Shown: one piece after another, positions 1 through 14,200 of the stretch
Numbering within the stretch: the stretch's first letter is position 1
Layout: every line of letters begins with the position of its first letter
Assembly (NCBI GenBank): GCA_002633005.1
Contig: NMRA01000034.1
Coordinates: 266,136-330,135, forward strand
Reading direction: 5' to 3'
Origin: Phoronis australis
Lineage: Eukaryota; Animalia; Phoronida
DNA: 64,000 bases
Position numbers and translations under genes: made by a program
The notes under the pieces: generated by a model
Databases searched by the model: none
What the model saw: only the letters and a program-made list of their open reading frames with translations
What the model was told of the DNA's origin: nothing

Positions 1-290
1 CGATCACCATCCTGGTTACGACCATCGCCACCGTTGTTGTTGCCATTATCAACGTCATCTTTCTTGCTAGTATTATCACTCAGTGTCATCATCATCAACA
101 TCACCATCACCATCATCATCACCACCACCATCGACGTCATCGTTTTCGTCAATGTCATCCGCAGTAACGACTGAATCATCGTTACATCCGTGAACGTTAC
201 CAAGAGTGACACCAACATCATCATCGTGATCGTCAGTCGCAGTAGCGGTAATAGAATGCTCCATCATTGCAACTTTCATCAGTCACGTTT
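1..290. repeat. Degenerate (CAT/CAC/CGT)n low-complexity tract
   Basis: Trinucleotide runs that give a spurious Asp-rich ORF. Confidence 0.8.
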
Positions 291-343
291 AATTTGGCAT
301 TGTGAATGGGTTAGGTATGTCAGAAATGTCACGCTATACTAAC

Positions 344-455
344 TTGCGCGTTACAAGTTTACAATCCAATGTAATAGGGGTGCGTAAGGAAGCTTCATTA
401 TCTTCAGGAACTTGTTCCACACTCTGGCTAGTTGCAGTAACGTCTATTTCAATGG
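344..455 (-). CDS. Integrin alpha exon 15 (end of calf-1)
   Basis: (A)[36 protein letters not shown]; tttcag acceptor, gttagt donor, phase 1 to 2. Confidence 0.85.
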
Positions 456-2178
456 CTGAAACGAATTTACATGCGGTACATTCACTTTTAGAGTTCAAAG
501 TAAGAGATGCAAACATCGACTTCCTTCACTGGCGCATTTAATTCTTTCAGTGCAACGTCGTCATGTTCTGGTTACAACAGAATGCTTGGAGTCCCCCTGG
601 TGACCACACTGCCTGGCAAATGAATCTAACCCGCTGTCACAAGCAACTTAATGGGTGTGGTCTGAAATCGGATCAATCAACTTCTTCCCAAGAAATGATT
701 TCTAAACTGAGTAAGGAACAAGATGAAACAGTAATATTGTTTTTAGTAGGAGGGAAGGATTTAATGTTTGTTAATAGACCAAACCGGACTTAAGTGTTCC
801 TTTCAATCCTAGTTTGGACCAGTCTTCATTTATTGCACATTTGTATCCTACCCATGTACGCGTGCATCTTAAAACCGACTGTACACTCTGATAGAACAAC
901 CTTCAACACTGGCATACCTTCAAATAGTTTCGTCAGTTGTAGCCGCGCTGATGTAAGAGTAAGTAGCAGGACCACACTGGTGCCAGCTTTCAATGGGTTA
1001 CCGATGTCACAGGTAACAGTTTCCCTTACGTCGGTTTCGTTTAGTATGGCACGATCGCACATGGCGCTTTCAGCTTTCTTCGTCTCAACATGGACGAATT
1101 GTAGATCCCGTGAGTACTGAATTGTCAAAACAGTTTCGAAAGCGTCTTCCCCTCGATTTTCCACTTTTATACGAAGAGGCACGTGGTTGTCTGCGCCAAG
1201 TAAGATTGAGCGTCGGTTATTGGGGAAGCGCACTTCAGCACTAACGTGAAGATCACTCTCGCAGATTTTGTTTGATCCACAGTCTTTGATGTATTCTGTC
1301 TGTAAAAGAAAACACAATCCTAAAAAACAAGGACACGCACAGTAAAACCGTTGGCGATTAAACCTACCGATTATGAAACGACTCGATTGGCATCCGATTC
1401 GCAATCAAACTGAAGGGGTTCCAGGATCTGAAGATGACGCACAGGACGAATCAGGAATATCTAACTTCACGTTTAACGATGCAAACTATCTTCTGGGTTG
1501 TAGATTCATGGTCAATGAGCACGTTAATTGTCCTAAAACTCAAAAGTTATGAAAACTAAAGAATCGCCTGAGCCTGTTTACCAGTTACACCTGCATATGA
1601 CAGACCAGAGGATTTCTAGACCCATGACCCCATGGCGTAGCGAGGGGAGGCAAAGGGATTTTGGTCTATGCCGACAACGGAGAAAATGCGAGTACACTAC
1701 GACGTCGACAGCAGTTTCGCCCCACCCCGATCATAACCTTAACAGTGGACTCGCCACTAGTTGTTTTTTTGCCTGTTGAACGTGTACTAACAGTAAAATA
1801 CACATATGTAATAAAGTGCATTTTTACCTGTTTTTTAAAATGCGTCTGTGTGAAACGACTCATGACAGGTCCATTGTCCGAAGTCTGGATGAAGTCGACG
1901 TCTATGGAGTATACTATAGGTCGCAATAGGTCTCGTGGATTATCCTGCAAAAATCATTGCGCAGCAGTTTGAGGACAATTTATGACTGTAGGTCTACGTG
2001 ATTAAATGACTGAAACTGATCCATGCTGAGGCAGCTGGAAAAGTTACATGCCGCATCCAATTCAACACGGAAGAGTAAGGATAGATACGGAAGCCCAACA
2101 ATTTTTGTTCCCTAGAAATGATCTAGTTTCAGGATAAATTTGTTTCTCGCGCGCGCACACACACACACACAAACACAC

Positions 2179-2219
<41 letters not shown>

Positions 2220-5200
2220 ATACACACACCACACACACACCACACACACCACACACAAGCTTGATTTCTTCTAGATTGAATACTGATTTTCTAACTTTGG
2301 GCCCACAATCTATGGCGTAGGCAACCATCCTGAGTTGAAAACGATGTCACAACTACAAAGAACTATCGCAAAACTATCGCAATACTCAATTGTCACACGT
2401 TCTTTTGTTGGAATAATATGTAATTTTGTAGGCCTGCACAAACTGGCGTAATTGTCAGATTGCGACAGATTGTGCACACCTTCGAAGCACAAAATTGTCT
2501 CGATAGAGTAGAAGCACTATTACGTGCAGGCAAGGTTTGTACCAGCCTCTGGAGTCTTGGGGGGGGGGGGTTGGTTCTGTCCCGCACTAACACCAGTGAC
2601 CAGGAAATTCAAAAAGACATGCGGGACAAGATAGCTTTATCCCTACGAGCCGTGTGACTGGAGAGAACAGTATCGTAGACAATTTTGTTGTGGCGACAGT
2701 GAAGACAACAATTGTGACGAAACACAAGTGTAACGAGACAAATTCACAAAATTGACGGGGATAACATCAATATAAACAAATGAAAGTGAAATACGGAGAA
2801 AGACAAATGGACACCAACACTTAAAAGGCTGGCATTCAGAAACACCCGATTGTCGTAACGTCGTCTGTCAGTGATATCGTCAGTTAGGAACTACGCTTTT
2901 CTCATGCAGCTTCGAATCGTCGTTTTGGCCGTGTTTTCCAAGCTACGACAGTTCGTACTCAGAAGGCTTTATGAACTGTTACAGTTTGAAGATTACTACA
3001 GTTCGTACTCAGAAGGCTTTATGAACTGTTGCAGTTTGAAGATTACTACAGTTCGTACTCAGACGGCTTTATGAACTGTTGCAGTTTGAAGATTACTACA
3101 GTTCGTACTCAAAAGGCTTTAGGAACTGTTGCAGTTTGAAGATTACTACAGTTCGTACTCAGAAGGCTTTAGGAACTGTTGCAGTTTGAAGATTACTACA
3201 GTTCGTACTCAGAAGGCTTTGTGAACTGTTGCAGTTTGAAGATTACTACAGTTTGAGTAACTTACAAAACTCACAAATTGTCGCAACAACAAGAGATATA
3301 GCAATAAGATTGTACTTCACATGTCTGCACAAACTGTCCTATTCCCCGATAATGACAATTTTTGCAGATTCGAATTTTCGTCTAACAAAGCAAATATAGT
3401 ATTTACTATTACTCTTTTGGCTTTGGTTGAAGGACGTTTTTAGTAGCATGCAGTAACTTACTTACTTCGATAGTCAATAAGTACTCCTGACAGGTGGACA
3501 ATCGCTTTCTAACTATCATTCGATGAGCTGAAATTTCCTTGAGAAACTCAACTGAGTCTGCCCGCAAGACGAACATCGCCCTCTGTCGTGCCTGGTCCAG
3601 CATTGAGTCTTTGTCCACTGTTATGTTATAGACAAAACCTGTAATGGTTATACTCTTAACTTTAAAATGAGTTCCAGAAATGTCTTTTCGCAAATCATGG
3701 TTGTGGTAATCACAACTTTTGAGCTGTGTTAGACCACTTACAGTCGAGTGGCAACTGCAATTTGAGGACTGCGACAGTTTGTGCAGACTTTCGAAGCACA
3801 AAGTGTCGTAATTTTCTGTTGCGACAAATTGTGTTTTCGCCAAATACTTGGAAGTACTCAAGTCCTCGCACAATATTCAAGACATAACTGCTCGTACTTT
3901 GGTGGTAATAATATTGAAGTTATCCAGGTACTACAAAACGATTGAATCGGTGTTGAAGATCTTTTAATAGTCAAAATACTCGGCCAGTAGTTGAAATGTT
4001 TGATCCCCTAGATCGCAGTGATTTTTGTCCAAATTTTACAAAGAAGGACTTTGTATGGAGTTCTAATTAAGTCATGGCTTAGTTAACTCAATGGTCGGAC
4101 ACTAGCCGGTGCAGAGTACTAACTCAAAGATCTCGGCAATCTATGTCCGTCATAGGTCAAGCAGAGCGTCAGGTTTTGACAGATGTAATGTTTGCCTCCC
4201 AATACACAGTCGTCCTGGTGAGACTGTATGTCGATCAGTGTCGGAGTGACGGTCAGTGAAGCATCCATGGTGACGACAGGCCGTGAATACAAGACAACTG
4301 AGTTATCCGAGATGAAGGCACCAACAGCAAAGTCTGTAAAAAAACATTCAACTGTTGACATTCAGTTTAAATAATGAACACAACATTGCACGAAGAGCCA
4401 TTGACAATTTTTAAGATAGCGTATGTCCAAACCTAGAGCTGTCGTCACTGACTGGAGGTTGCTCACATTCGCGTCAGTCGAGTGCAATACGGCCATGTAC
4501 TAATAGTCGGTGGGCCAGATCTCGTAGCGTTCATCCTTGTGAGTACTTTGGGGGGGCAACCTAGTTTTTTCTATGTGGCTAGATAATATACCTATAAATC
4601 AAATTCCAAAAAGTTCCCACGTCTACACTTGCACATTTTTTTAAAAAAAGGTGGTTTTGTTGCACAAAATATGATGCACATTTTTTAAATTTCAATGTTA
4701 ATTAACAATTTGCATAGTAAAACATGTAATGTGAGTGTAATATTGTTGAATACAATGGCACTGATGGGACCATATTACTTGTTTTACAAAAAAGTCACCA
4801 AAACTATTGTTTTTACAAATATAAGTTTACTAAGCTCTTTGGTGATTATTAGGTAACTTCAAACTCAAATTTCTCAAAAATGTGCAACTTTATATGTGGG
4901 AACTTTTTAGATTTTGAAAACACTCTAATAAATGAATTAAAAAACACCAAAATAAAATTGCCCCCCTAAAGTACTCACAAAAACCATTTTCTAGAGGCCC
5001 TACAAAATCTGGCCCACCGACTATAATGTTTTCCGTATTCACCTCCCACACTACTTCAACAGTGACATCTGACATGGAAAGTTCAAAAGGTAGATCAATG
5101 TCGACTCGACGTCTTTAGCCGGTTCGATCATCAAACTTTTTCCGAAAATAGGATTGCTCTAGAGTGTAAAACGTTGGTTAGTAAAAAGGATACTGATAAT

Positions 5201-8200
5201 ACAGTTGCACGTAAAAAGAAAAATGTTGGCGAGCGACACTGGACACTGCCAACACAGTAAACCCTGAGATGAAAATGGGTAGTGAACTGAACACTGGCAA
5301 TACAGTTGTCCAGGTGAGAATAGGTGTGATGAGGTTGACCACTGGCAATACAGATGCTCATTGAAGAGGCGGATGATTAAGTAATGTGTCAGTTGGAACG
5401 TTAATAGCGGGGGAGTGTAGGGATTGGAGAAGAAAGTAGTTCCTGAGTGTGTCGGACTTCCAGCGACCCATACGCTGAATGGCCTAACACACTTCAAAGT
5501 CTGTATTGCGTTTTTTTTCAAGACAATAATTCAGTAAATTATCACCAAGAGAATGCTTAATTACACTACCCACTCTCAACAAAAATTAGCATAATGGAAA
5601 ATAATGATTCAGAAATGCCTCTCCCTCATTTGAAATGTTTAAAAATGAGGTGTTTAAGTATATTCAAAATGGAAAAATATCAATATTGAAGAAATTGCGA
5701 AATATGAAAAATTTAACATTAGATGTTTCTCTCTGACTCTTTTGTTTTCTTGAATACGCATGGTTTCTAATTCTGTTGGCAAGTCTCGAAATGCGTGCAT
5801 GTGAGAGTGGTGTGCGTGTGTTTGTGTCCTTTTTCTAATGTACATTGCTTTTGTGTTTCAATAAAAATGTGGTTCAAAACTCATGCAACATCCCTAATAT
5901 GAAGAAAATGTCATTTGAATTGCCGTTACACCTCAAGAGTTCTTTGCTTTCTGTTTCGTACGGTTATAAATTAAAACTGGACGAGTTCTCTCGATTACTC
6001 AGTTAATCTTTTTATCGATGACAAATGAAGCTTGGAAGATAATTTTACAGCTAATTTCATATTGGAGCTCTCTAGCGTAATGAGAGCACGAAAGTGAGTT
6101 CCGATTGATCCCCACTCAAATTTGGTGGTCAGAAATTCAATTACTACACTACTTACCAATTGTTCATAAATACAGAAGCAGAGGAACAAATTCGACAGCC
6201 AGTCCCTCCTATTGTTTAATTAGTTAAAATTCACTAAATTATTTTAGCTTTCTGACACGGTCTGGCATTGAAATTCTCCCGATTTATTAGAGGCAGTCAC
6301 TGGTTTTGTGGCAGGTACATCTTCGCAGTAGGAAATGTTACAGGACATCTTTGCTCATCAACTGACATTTCAAAAGGAATTGCCTTTTTACGTAAGGCAT
6401 TGGTTCATCCACCGAACACCATTGGAAATTTTCCGGCATTATAGCAGGAAATGTGTTAAAATATTATTTGTGCCAGCAGGGTGAAACGGCTCTCGTCCGT
6501 AATACAAGGGACCTGTAGGTGGCGCTGAACGCTTTCTGATGGATCAGTGAGTTTCAATATGGCGGGGCTATTTTGAAAACCAGGTATTCATAAGATTTTT
6601 GCCGTCGTGAAACATTCGTTGTTGGATATCAGCATGTGTAGAGAAAATTATTCCACATAACCCCTGCAATTGCTTTGTTTTCTACAATAATGGTCTTCCT
6701 GGAGAATAACATTGTTTTAGTGCATTTTGGGTCAAATCTATATCGCACATCCCCTAAACATCAAGAAACACCCAAATACACATATGACACCATGCCAAAC
6801 TCTTCCATTCTATTGTCCCAAGGTATAACTGAGGAATGGCCACACATGCATTCCCTGTAATGTTGAGAGACAAATTTAAGTTCAAGCCCCAAAACCAGGT
6901 AATTATTAAACCTATATGCCAAACTTGAACTCCTGCAAATATTAGTGCTAATAATTCTTCACAGCTCTGTGAATGAATGAGTGATGAAAATAAATTGGCA
7001 TGCGCTTTTACAGCAGTCTCAACCCTTTGGACTAACAGGCTTTCATTCGCACTCAGTCAATTAACCAAGGTGTTCTTTCACTTGCGGCTTGAACTAGTTT
7101 GTTCTAAAATGATACTGACCAGGTACAGTACACAGCAGATTGTTGCTCACATGATGTGGTGTTGCCCACTATTTTTGAGACTCTTCACGTTATAAGTTAA
7201 ATATCTCAGCTCCTGAAATACAGCCTTGTTTATCCTAACCGCCATATTCCAGAGACATCCAAACAAAGCAAAGAAATTTTAGTCACATTTTAGTCACACC
7301 ATCACATACTCTAAGATATTCTTGTCATATTAAGTTATGACTATTTATTTAGTCACATATTAGTCACATTTTAATGACACTGTCACATATTTTAAGATGC
7401 TCTAGTCATATTCTAGTCATGACTAATTATTTAGTCACACATTAGTCACATTTTAGTCATGGCTAAACCATTAGTCATGACTAACGTGGGGTAAGGGTTT
7501 TTATCCGGCAAGAGCTCCAGGGAAAGTGATGTGTCACCACATCCTCCCTCATGTGTTCAAGGACTGACCTATTGTAATGAGTTGGTGAGGTTTGGTCATG
7601 CATGATCATATCTGGTCATAAACTGTGCATGATAAACAAATCAGGTCTGATTTACAATAGCTTTATGTCTAAAATTTCGAGAAAACAACATTCACAACAA
7701 AATATCGTGTCTTACCCGGGTACCCGTTATCGTCTAAGTCCATTCCACGAGATATAGCGTATCCAAATCCTCTTAGTCCAGGGTCAAGGCTTGACCCAGG
7801 AATTCTCTGCAGTTCAGTGATCCTCACTCCAGCTGCAGAACCGTAGTACACATAGATCGCCCCAACACCGCCCTCTTCGTATGGAGCACTTATGACAACA
7901 TCTGTTTAACAATACGAGCAATGCAGCGTTACAAGATAAATTGAAAATAAACAATTACATGACAACAGTCAGTTGCACGTAGGACACGCTATACGAAACT
8001 GCAGGGGTATAAGAATAAGCCATCTTGGCTCCGAAACGCCGGAATTCTAAGTTGTGCCACGATCATACGCATGTCTATGGAAAACACTTTCACAACACAG
8101 GGTCGGTATACTCGTAACTGAGACGAGGCAGTGTGGCTGTGGGACAAGTGACCGCTTCCTCTACTCACACGCTGTTTGACACTTGAGTCAGGCCTATAGC

Positions 8201-11200
8201 TCCTCATCTTGGTTTTAACTATATTTTAATAAAGCAAAAAATGATTTCAGGTGATAGTGCATTGGGCACACCTGAGGAGCCTGCGCACGTCTGGTTAAGC
8301 GTCTACCAGAACACCTGCAGTTATTTTTATACTCGTAACTAAAACATACAGGTAGAAACTACCATCTTGTTTCCTATGGAGATCTACCTCAATCTATGAA
8401 GAAATGTTAATAAAGTTTTTCTCGTGATATGGAACCTTCGATTTGAAAATAGCCTACAAACCCTGAAGTCCAGAAAGTTACAAGAACGTAATATCAATGG
8501 ATATGTTAATGTAAGCTGTTTTGATCAGGTGATCAAGTGGCTTCCTTTTCAAAGTAAAATGCCTACAGGTGCTTGAGGAATTGTTAATAAAATATACCTT
8601 CATATGAATCCATGTTGATGTCGCCCACTTTGGAAATTGTGGTTCCAAATCGAGCGAACGGAGATTTTGATCCCGTCAATAGCGGCTCTTGGAGTGTTAG
8701 GAGACCCTGTTTGAAAGAGGTGGTATTGCTTCTGTAAGACTGCATTCCTTAAAAGTCTGCGTACACGGTATTTTCGTGGTTTCTCATACGCCGCTTTTCA
8801 CATGGGACGATATTCTGTAAACTAGTTGATCTCACTCCCGGCAGCGGGAGTAGTCAGCATCAACAGCAGTACAATTGTCTTGATTGATACTTCAAGTGTC
8901 AAGTTCCAGGGCTCTCACCAGTCAATTGTTTTAGTAAAGCAAGAAAAATATGGGTCACAAAGTACTGACCAATTGTTTTATTGTGATGGACAGAAACATT
9001 TCTTACGTCATGGACCACACTGACCTTAAAATTTACAAAGAATACAATTCTTTTCTAAAGAGCTACTGTATAATGCATGTACGTTTCTTGAGGGATGAAG
9101 ACCGAGGGGAATTGAAATAGGCGGTCAATATGCAACTGATCCCTAGTATTGACCTATGTAGTTGAGCCCATGGGATACTTTCAAACATCAACCCAGTGGC
9201 TGGTCACATGGGACCGGATATTCTTGACGTCTAAAGGACAAGGAGGCAACTTCAATTTTGTTTAAAACGCAAGACGTCGAATCCCATTCGCTTTGAAAGA
9301 GCTTTTTCATGAAGTCAACATGTTCCCCTATGCCAGCTGCTGCAAAGAAGAAGTACCTCCTACAGCCAGGTGGCAGTGGCAGACCTAGGATATGACAAGG
9401 GGAAGGGCAGCATTCTGTACCGGGCAGTCGCGCATAGAAGCGCGCACCCACCCTAAAATGTAGGGGGCTCGAATTACTGAAAATGTGAAGGTTTCACTAA
9501 CGCATTCACAGACACAGGCACAAACTGAAATTGCACACATTATTAAACCTTGTTTCAGCCACATGTTCATTACCGGGGTTAATTAATGAGCTCGGGGGGG
9601 GGGGGGTGGGCCGGGCCGGGCCCCCTGCCCCCCTAAATCCGCCTATGGGTGGTGATAACTGAGTCACCGGTCCCACGTGAGCATCTCTCATTGTCTACCC
9701 TTGTTTCCGCACTGCAGGAGCTTCAAATGAAGGCCCATGAAGCCTGTCCAGAAGACTAGAAAACATTCCGTAATGACCATTTCAACTCAAGCGATACACA
9801 GATAAGAGGAAGGACTGAGGACTTTTCCAGAACAGGTACGATGAATATGAGTTACCTTAGAAAACCACATCTTAGATACGGCACAGATGAATATGTACTC
9901 TCTCCACCAGCTGCTTCAAGTACATGACTTGTAGCTACACGTACTGAAGGCCAGAAGAGGACACAACTGAATAAACTGGTTCTCTGGCATATGTCATTCA
10001 CCACTTCCCTTAGTGTGTAGATAACCAGCAACGAACTAAAGTATACGTAGTTTGCTGGTGCTCGAGGCAGCTTTAGATTGCTGAGCGCGTGGTTTTTCGG
10101 CTGGGTCATGCCTTGAAAAAGCTATTTGGAGAGTGCTTCTAGAATAGTTTCTCACAAGTGTCTTGCAAGTGATGAGCGTTATCGAAAGCGAGTGTGCCTC
10201 ATAATGTAACAGCATTTTCATTGAAATTCCCGAAAGGACAAATTTTTAGCGTTATGCGCATCCGTACACAACCTTACCATTCCTTCGTTCAAGTAGAAGT
10301 ATACTCTTCCCTCGTCTCCATGAACATCAGTGTAAAGTGGTGCTCCCACGAACAAGTCATCCAGACCATCGTGGTTGACATCTGCAGCACATACTGAACT
10401 GCCAAAATACGAACCCATCTGAAAAATTTCACAAAAATTTCGTCTAATGACCTTCATCTGATCACAAAAATGGATAGATTAAAAAGGATTAAAAGCATTA
10501 TACAAAAGGAATAAATGTTACAGAATATTTTACTTAAAGAAATTACAGTTCACCACGGTAGTCGCTACCATCTAGTACTACAATTGCGATGTCGCGTGAC
10601 ACTTGCAATCACCACGCCCGTCTTCATCTTTTATTTCCTGTTTCTTTTTCATCATCGTGTCTGTAGTCAATATCACAGCGTATAGTAAAAAGTCAATTTT
10701 ACCTGTTTGCCAAATTTCTCTGTGATTATCTGTGCCTTTGCCTCTTTATAATAACCAGTGCCCCGTACATTCACGAAAGGTTCTGGTTCATAAATAATCA
10801 CCTACGCATAAAAATAGCTTGAATCAACGGATATTCCAGGAAAAATTTCCACTAATCTTTGGTGATGGGTAAGAGCACGATAACATTGTACAGTTCGAAA
10901 ACTGCACGAAAATCAGTGTACGTACCCGGCGGTTAGACTATTCCTGGACTCACCATAGTATAGAGGGTATCGGAAAACCTCATCTACCAACTTTCGCAAG
11001 GACCCTGTTAGTTCCTCTAAAACTTTTCTTGATAACAATACCATATTAACATTGTTTGAAAAACCATGCCCGGGATCTAATCCTTTTTTATGCCGTTGAG
11101 TTGCTTGCAAAAATCACGATGTTGGTAATCTACATGTAATTACTGCATGAGAAGCACATGTACTGGTATCATATGACAGGCGGCAGTTCGAAAGATTATT

Positions 11201-14200
11201 CAAAATTTCCATAAATTATTCCTAGGCTGTGATATGCTAACCATTACTTGACTGAATCTTTTTCAGCATTTGTGAAGTGAGAATGTGAGACCAAATTCCT
11301 GACTTAGGTCTCAAGTCATTTTCATGAAACAATTAAACTTATGCTTTTGTGATCATGCCCTCTGCCGGGAATCACCGATAATTTCTCGCAGAAAACCACC
11401 CTGGGGATGACTGAACTTGTCAAGGGTTCCTTGCTTTCTGATTAACATGTTTAAGCGTCTACGAAAAACAGAATAAACGTCCTAGTAATTTTTCTACGAC
11501 TTTCTTTACCATAAAAAATCCCATTAAAAATGTTCAGTTAATTTTGATACACGTTAACATCCTATAAAATCTTCATTCATGTGCCAAACTTTAAATACCA
11601 TAGATAATTTTCTCAAAATGAAGCTGACATAACCACTGACGGATCTATGGTGTCGCAAGGGGGAATGTTCGCGTAGCCCCAAAAAATATTTGGTCACGAC
11701 CGTAAAAGGCGTCCAAATCCATCTGAGGGTATCAATCTCAAAAATTTGTGTGCCGGTCAATTTTGACGTAGGTTGACGATAAATGAGAAAATCTCTATCA
11801 TTTGCACTTCGCCCATGTGATCTCATTTTCCGAGAAAACCAATATTTTACGCAGTTGAAAATGACAGCAGAGTAAAGTGAATGACAGGTCATTTCACGGA
11901 GAATCATTCCAGCTCTGAAACACGATGCGATGTGTTTTGATGACGCAATCATTGACTGGCATACCTTGCCGCGATCGTTCTCTTTAGGAGCTCCAACAAC
12001 ACGCGCCATTCGACCATGTGGGAAAAACACACCAGATGACACAGCGTAACCTGAAAAAGAGACATAAAAGTAACATAGCTCAAAACCATATTTCAATGCA
12101 CTTCAATATCATAGAATGTCGAAACAACCAACGTTTTACAGATAGACGGAGTCCAAAGACTTGTGGGAAATCGTTTACCTCATAGACGAACTTTTCTGGG
12201 TCATGTGGCAAAAACAATGCATGTGTGAAAAGAATCGTAAAAGATTCATTTCCCTCATTGACATGTGTTGTGAACTTAACGTACATATTGTAAATCGTCG
12301 GTTTCCAGGTGATGCGTGTGGTAATTGTACATGTCTTGCTTCAGGAGGCTGCAGTCTAGTTGATTATTTACTTATATGTAGTGATTTGTTTGAAATTGTA
12401 AACAATTTTAAAGTAGATGCCTGGGACGAGTCAGATCACTTGACTATCATATGAAGCTTTAAGTGTGAAGAACCAATGATTACGTCGTGAGATGAGAGAC
12501 ACGTGTTCCGCATAACAGTATTAAGTGGGATAGTGCCGAAACAGTTGAATACTCGCAGGTGTTTTCAGTCGAATTACACGACTGCGCATTGACAATAGAA
12601 GAGTATTTAACCCAAAATGATGTAGACAAGGCAGTTCAGTGTATCTCATATCTATATTTTAAGACGGCATTGACATTTTCAAATCTATAAAAACGAGTCG
12701 ATCACTGGAAAAAATAAAGGTAAGAAACCAAGTCAAACCATGTGGCGGGATAAAGAATTAGAATCAGCCAAAAATGCTAAACGTGAATCCTTAAGTCGAT
12801 TTCGGTGTCACACATTCCCTTCAAACATGGATAATTATAAAGTAAAAAGAAAACAGTTCCGTGAATTATATAGACAAAAAGAGAAAAATTATGAAGCTCA
12901 GTATTTCCAAGAATAGGAACAACCCAAACGAGTTTTGGAAAATGATCACCTTTACGCAACCTCCGGAGTGCGCAGCCACGTCTATTACACCACAAAAATG
13001 GCATGATAAATGATAAGAGCCTGTTAAACCAAGAAGTGCCTGTTAGCGATTCACTCATGACTACTGTCGTCGATAGGCAGACTAGTCATGATAACTGCTG
13101 TGACAATCACGTAATCTCGCGAAGTCTTGCTTTTTAACGAGGTCCTAGCGTTACTGCACGTGAAGCTGGCTTGGTGTGATGCGATGTTAATTCCGGTGTT
13201 TAAACAAGGTAACTTGGATGATGAGAATGATTATAGACGTATTTCGCTTTTGTCGGCTATTAGGAAGCTCTTTATTAGAATACTGAATAACCGTTTGTAC
13301 AACTGGGCCGAAAGTGATGGTCAACTTTTTGAAGCCCAAGCAGGGTTCCGCAAGGGTTACGCGACGGTGGATCATATGATTTTCTTTGTATGCGATATGT
13401 CAGAAACCCATAAGTAAAAAACGGTGGCAGGTTCCATTGTGAATTTATTGACTTTCCAAAAGCTTTTGGTATAGTACCACATATTTTACTTTTTCATATA
13501 CTTCTGCAAATTAATGTTCATGGTAATATGTTATTTATCTCGTAACCTCGTACTTGTTCGAAACAGCCACGAAATCAGGACAAGATTTTCTACCTCAAGC
13601 AATTTGGTTTTGCCTAAACACAGAACTTCGTTTTATTCTACATTGTAAGTCCTTCTTTATTCAGGCCATTCAACGGTGGAACAACTTGCCATATAGTCTA
13701 AAGGAGGGTGACCGTTATGATGATTTCAGACACCAACTCATTAGTTACCTGTGGTCGTCATAACTGTCCCTCCTTTTTGTCGCTCCAATGTATATACCAT
13801 ATCAAAAGTTTTTATTTATTTATTTTTAATTCGGTCTGTAAATCCAGTTTCTAAATACTGTTTAATTCAATGTATCTTAATTCAATTTATTTACCTATTT
13901 GTCTATTTCAATTTAACTTTTGCTTCAGAGGACCATGCTGTATATTAGCCTATGGCTAAAGCATGTTTTATATCTATTATATTTTATCCTCTACAAATAA
14001 AGTTTATCATTATTATTATTATTATTGTTGTTGTTGTTGTTGTTGTTATTATTAATGAATACCAAGTTGAGATCATGTGTTAAAACACGTGATGGTTTAA
14101 CAGACTTATTTGATTGCACTATTGGTACTCGTCAAGGTTGTGTGATAAACCCTCTTGTATTTGTTTGGTATCTCAATGAGTTTTAAGAAAAACTCAATTC

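Noticed and set aside
2948-3253. CRISPR-like array of palindromic repeats
   Set aside because: No unique spacers, no cas genes, and it lies in a eukaryotic intron; it is a minisatellite.
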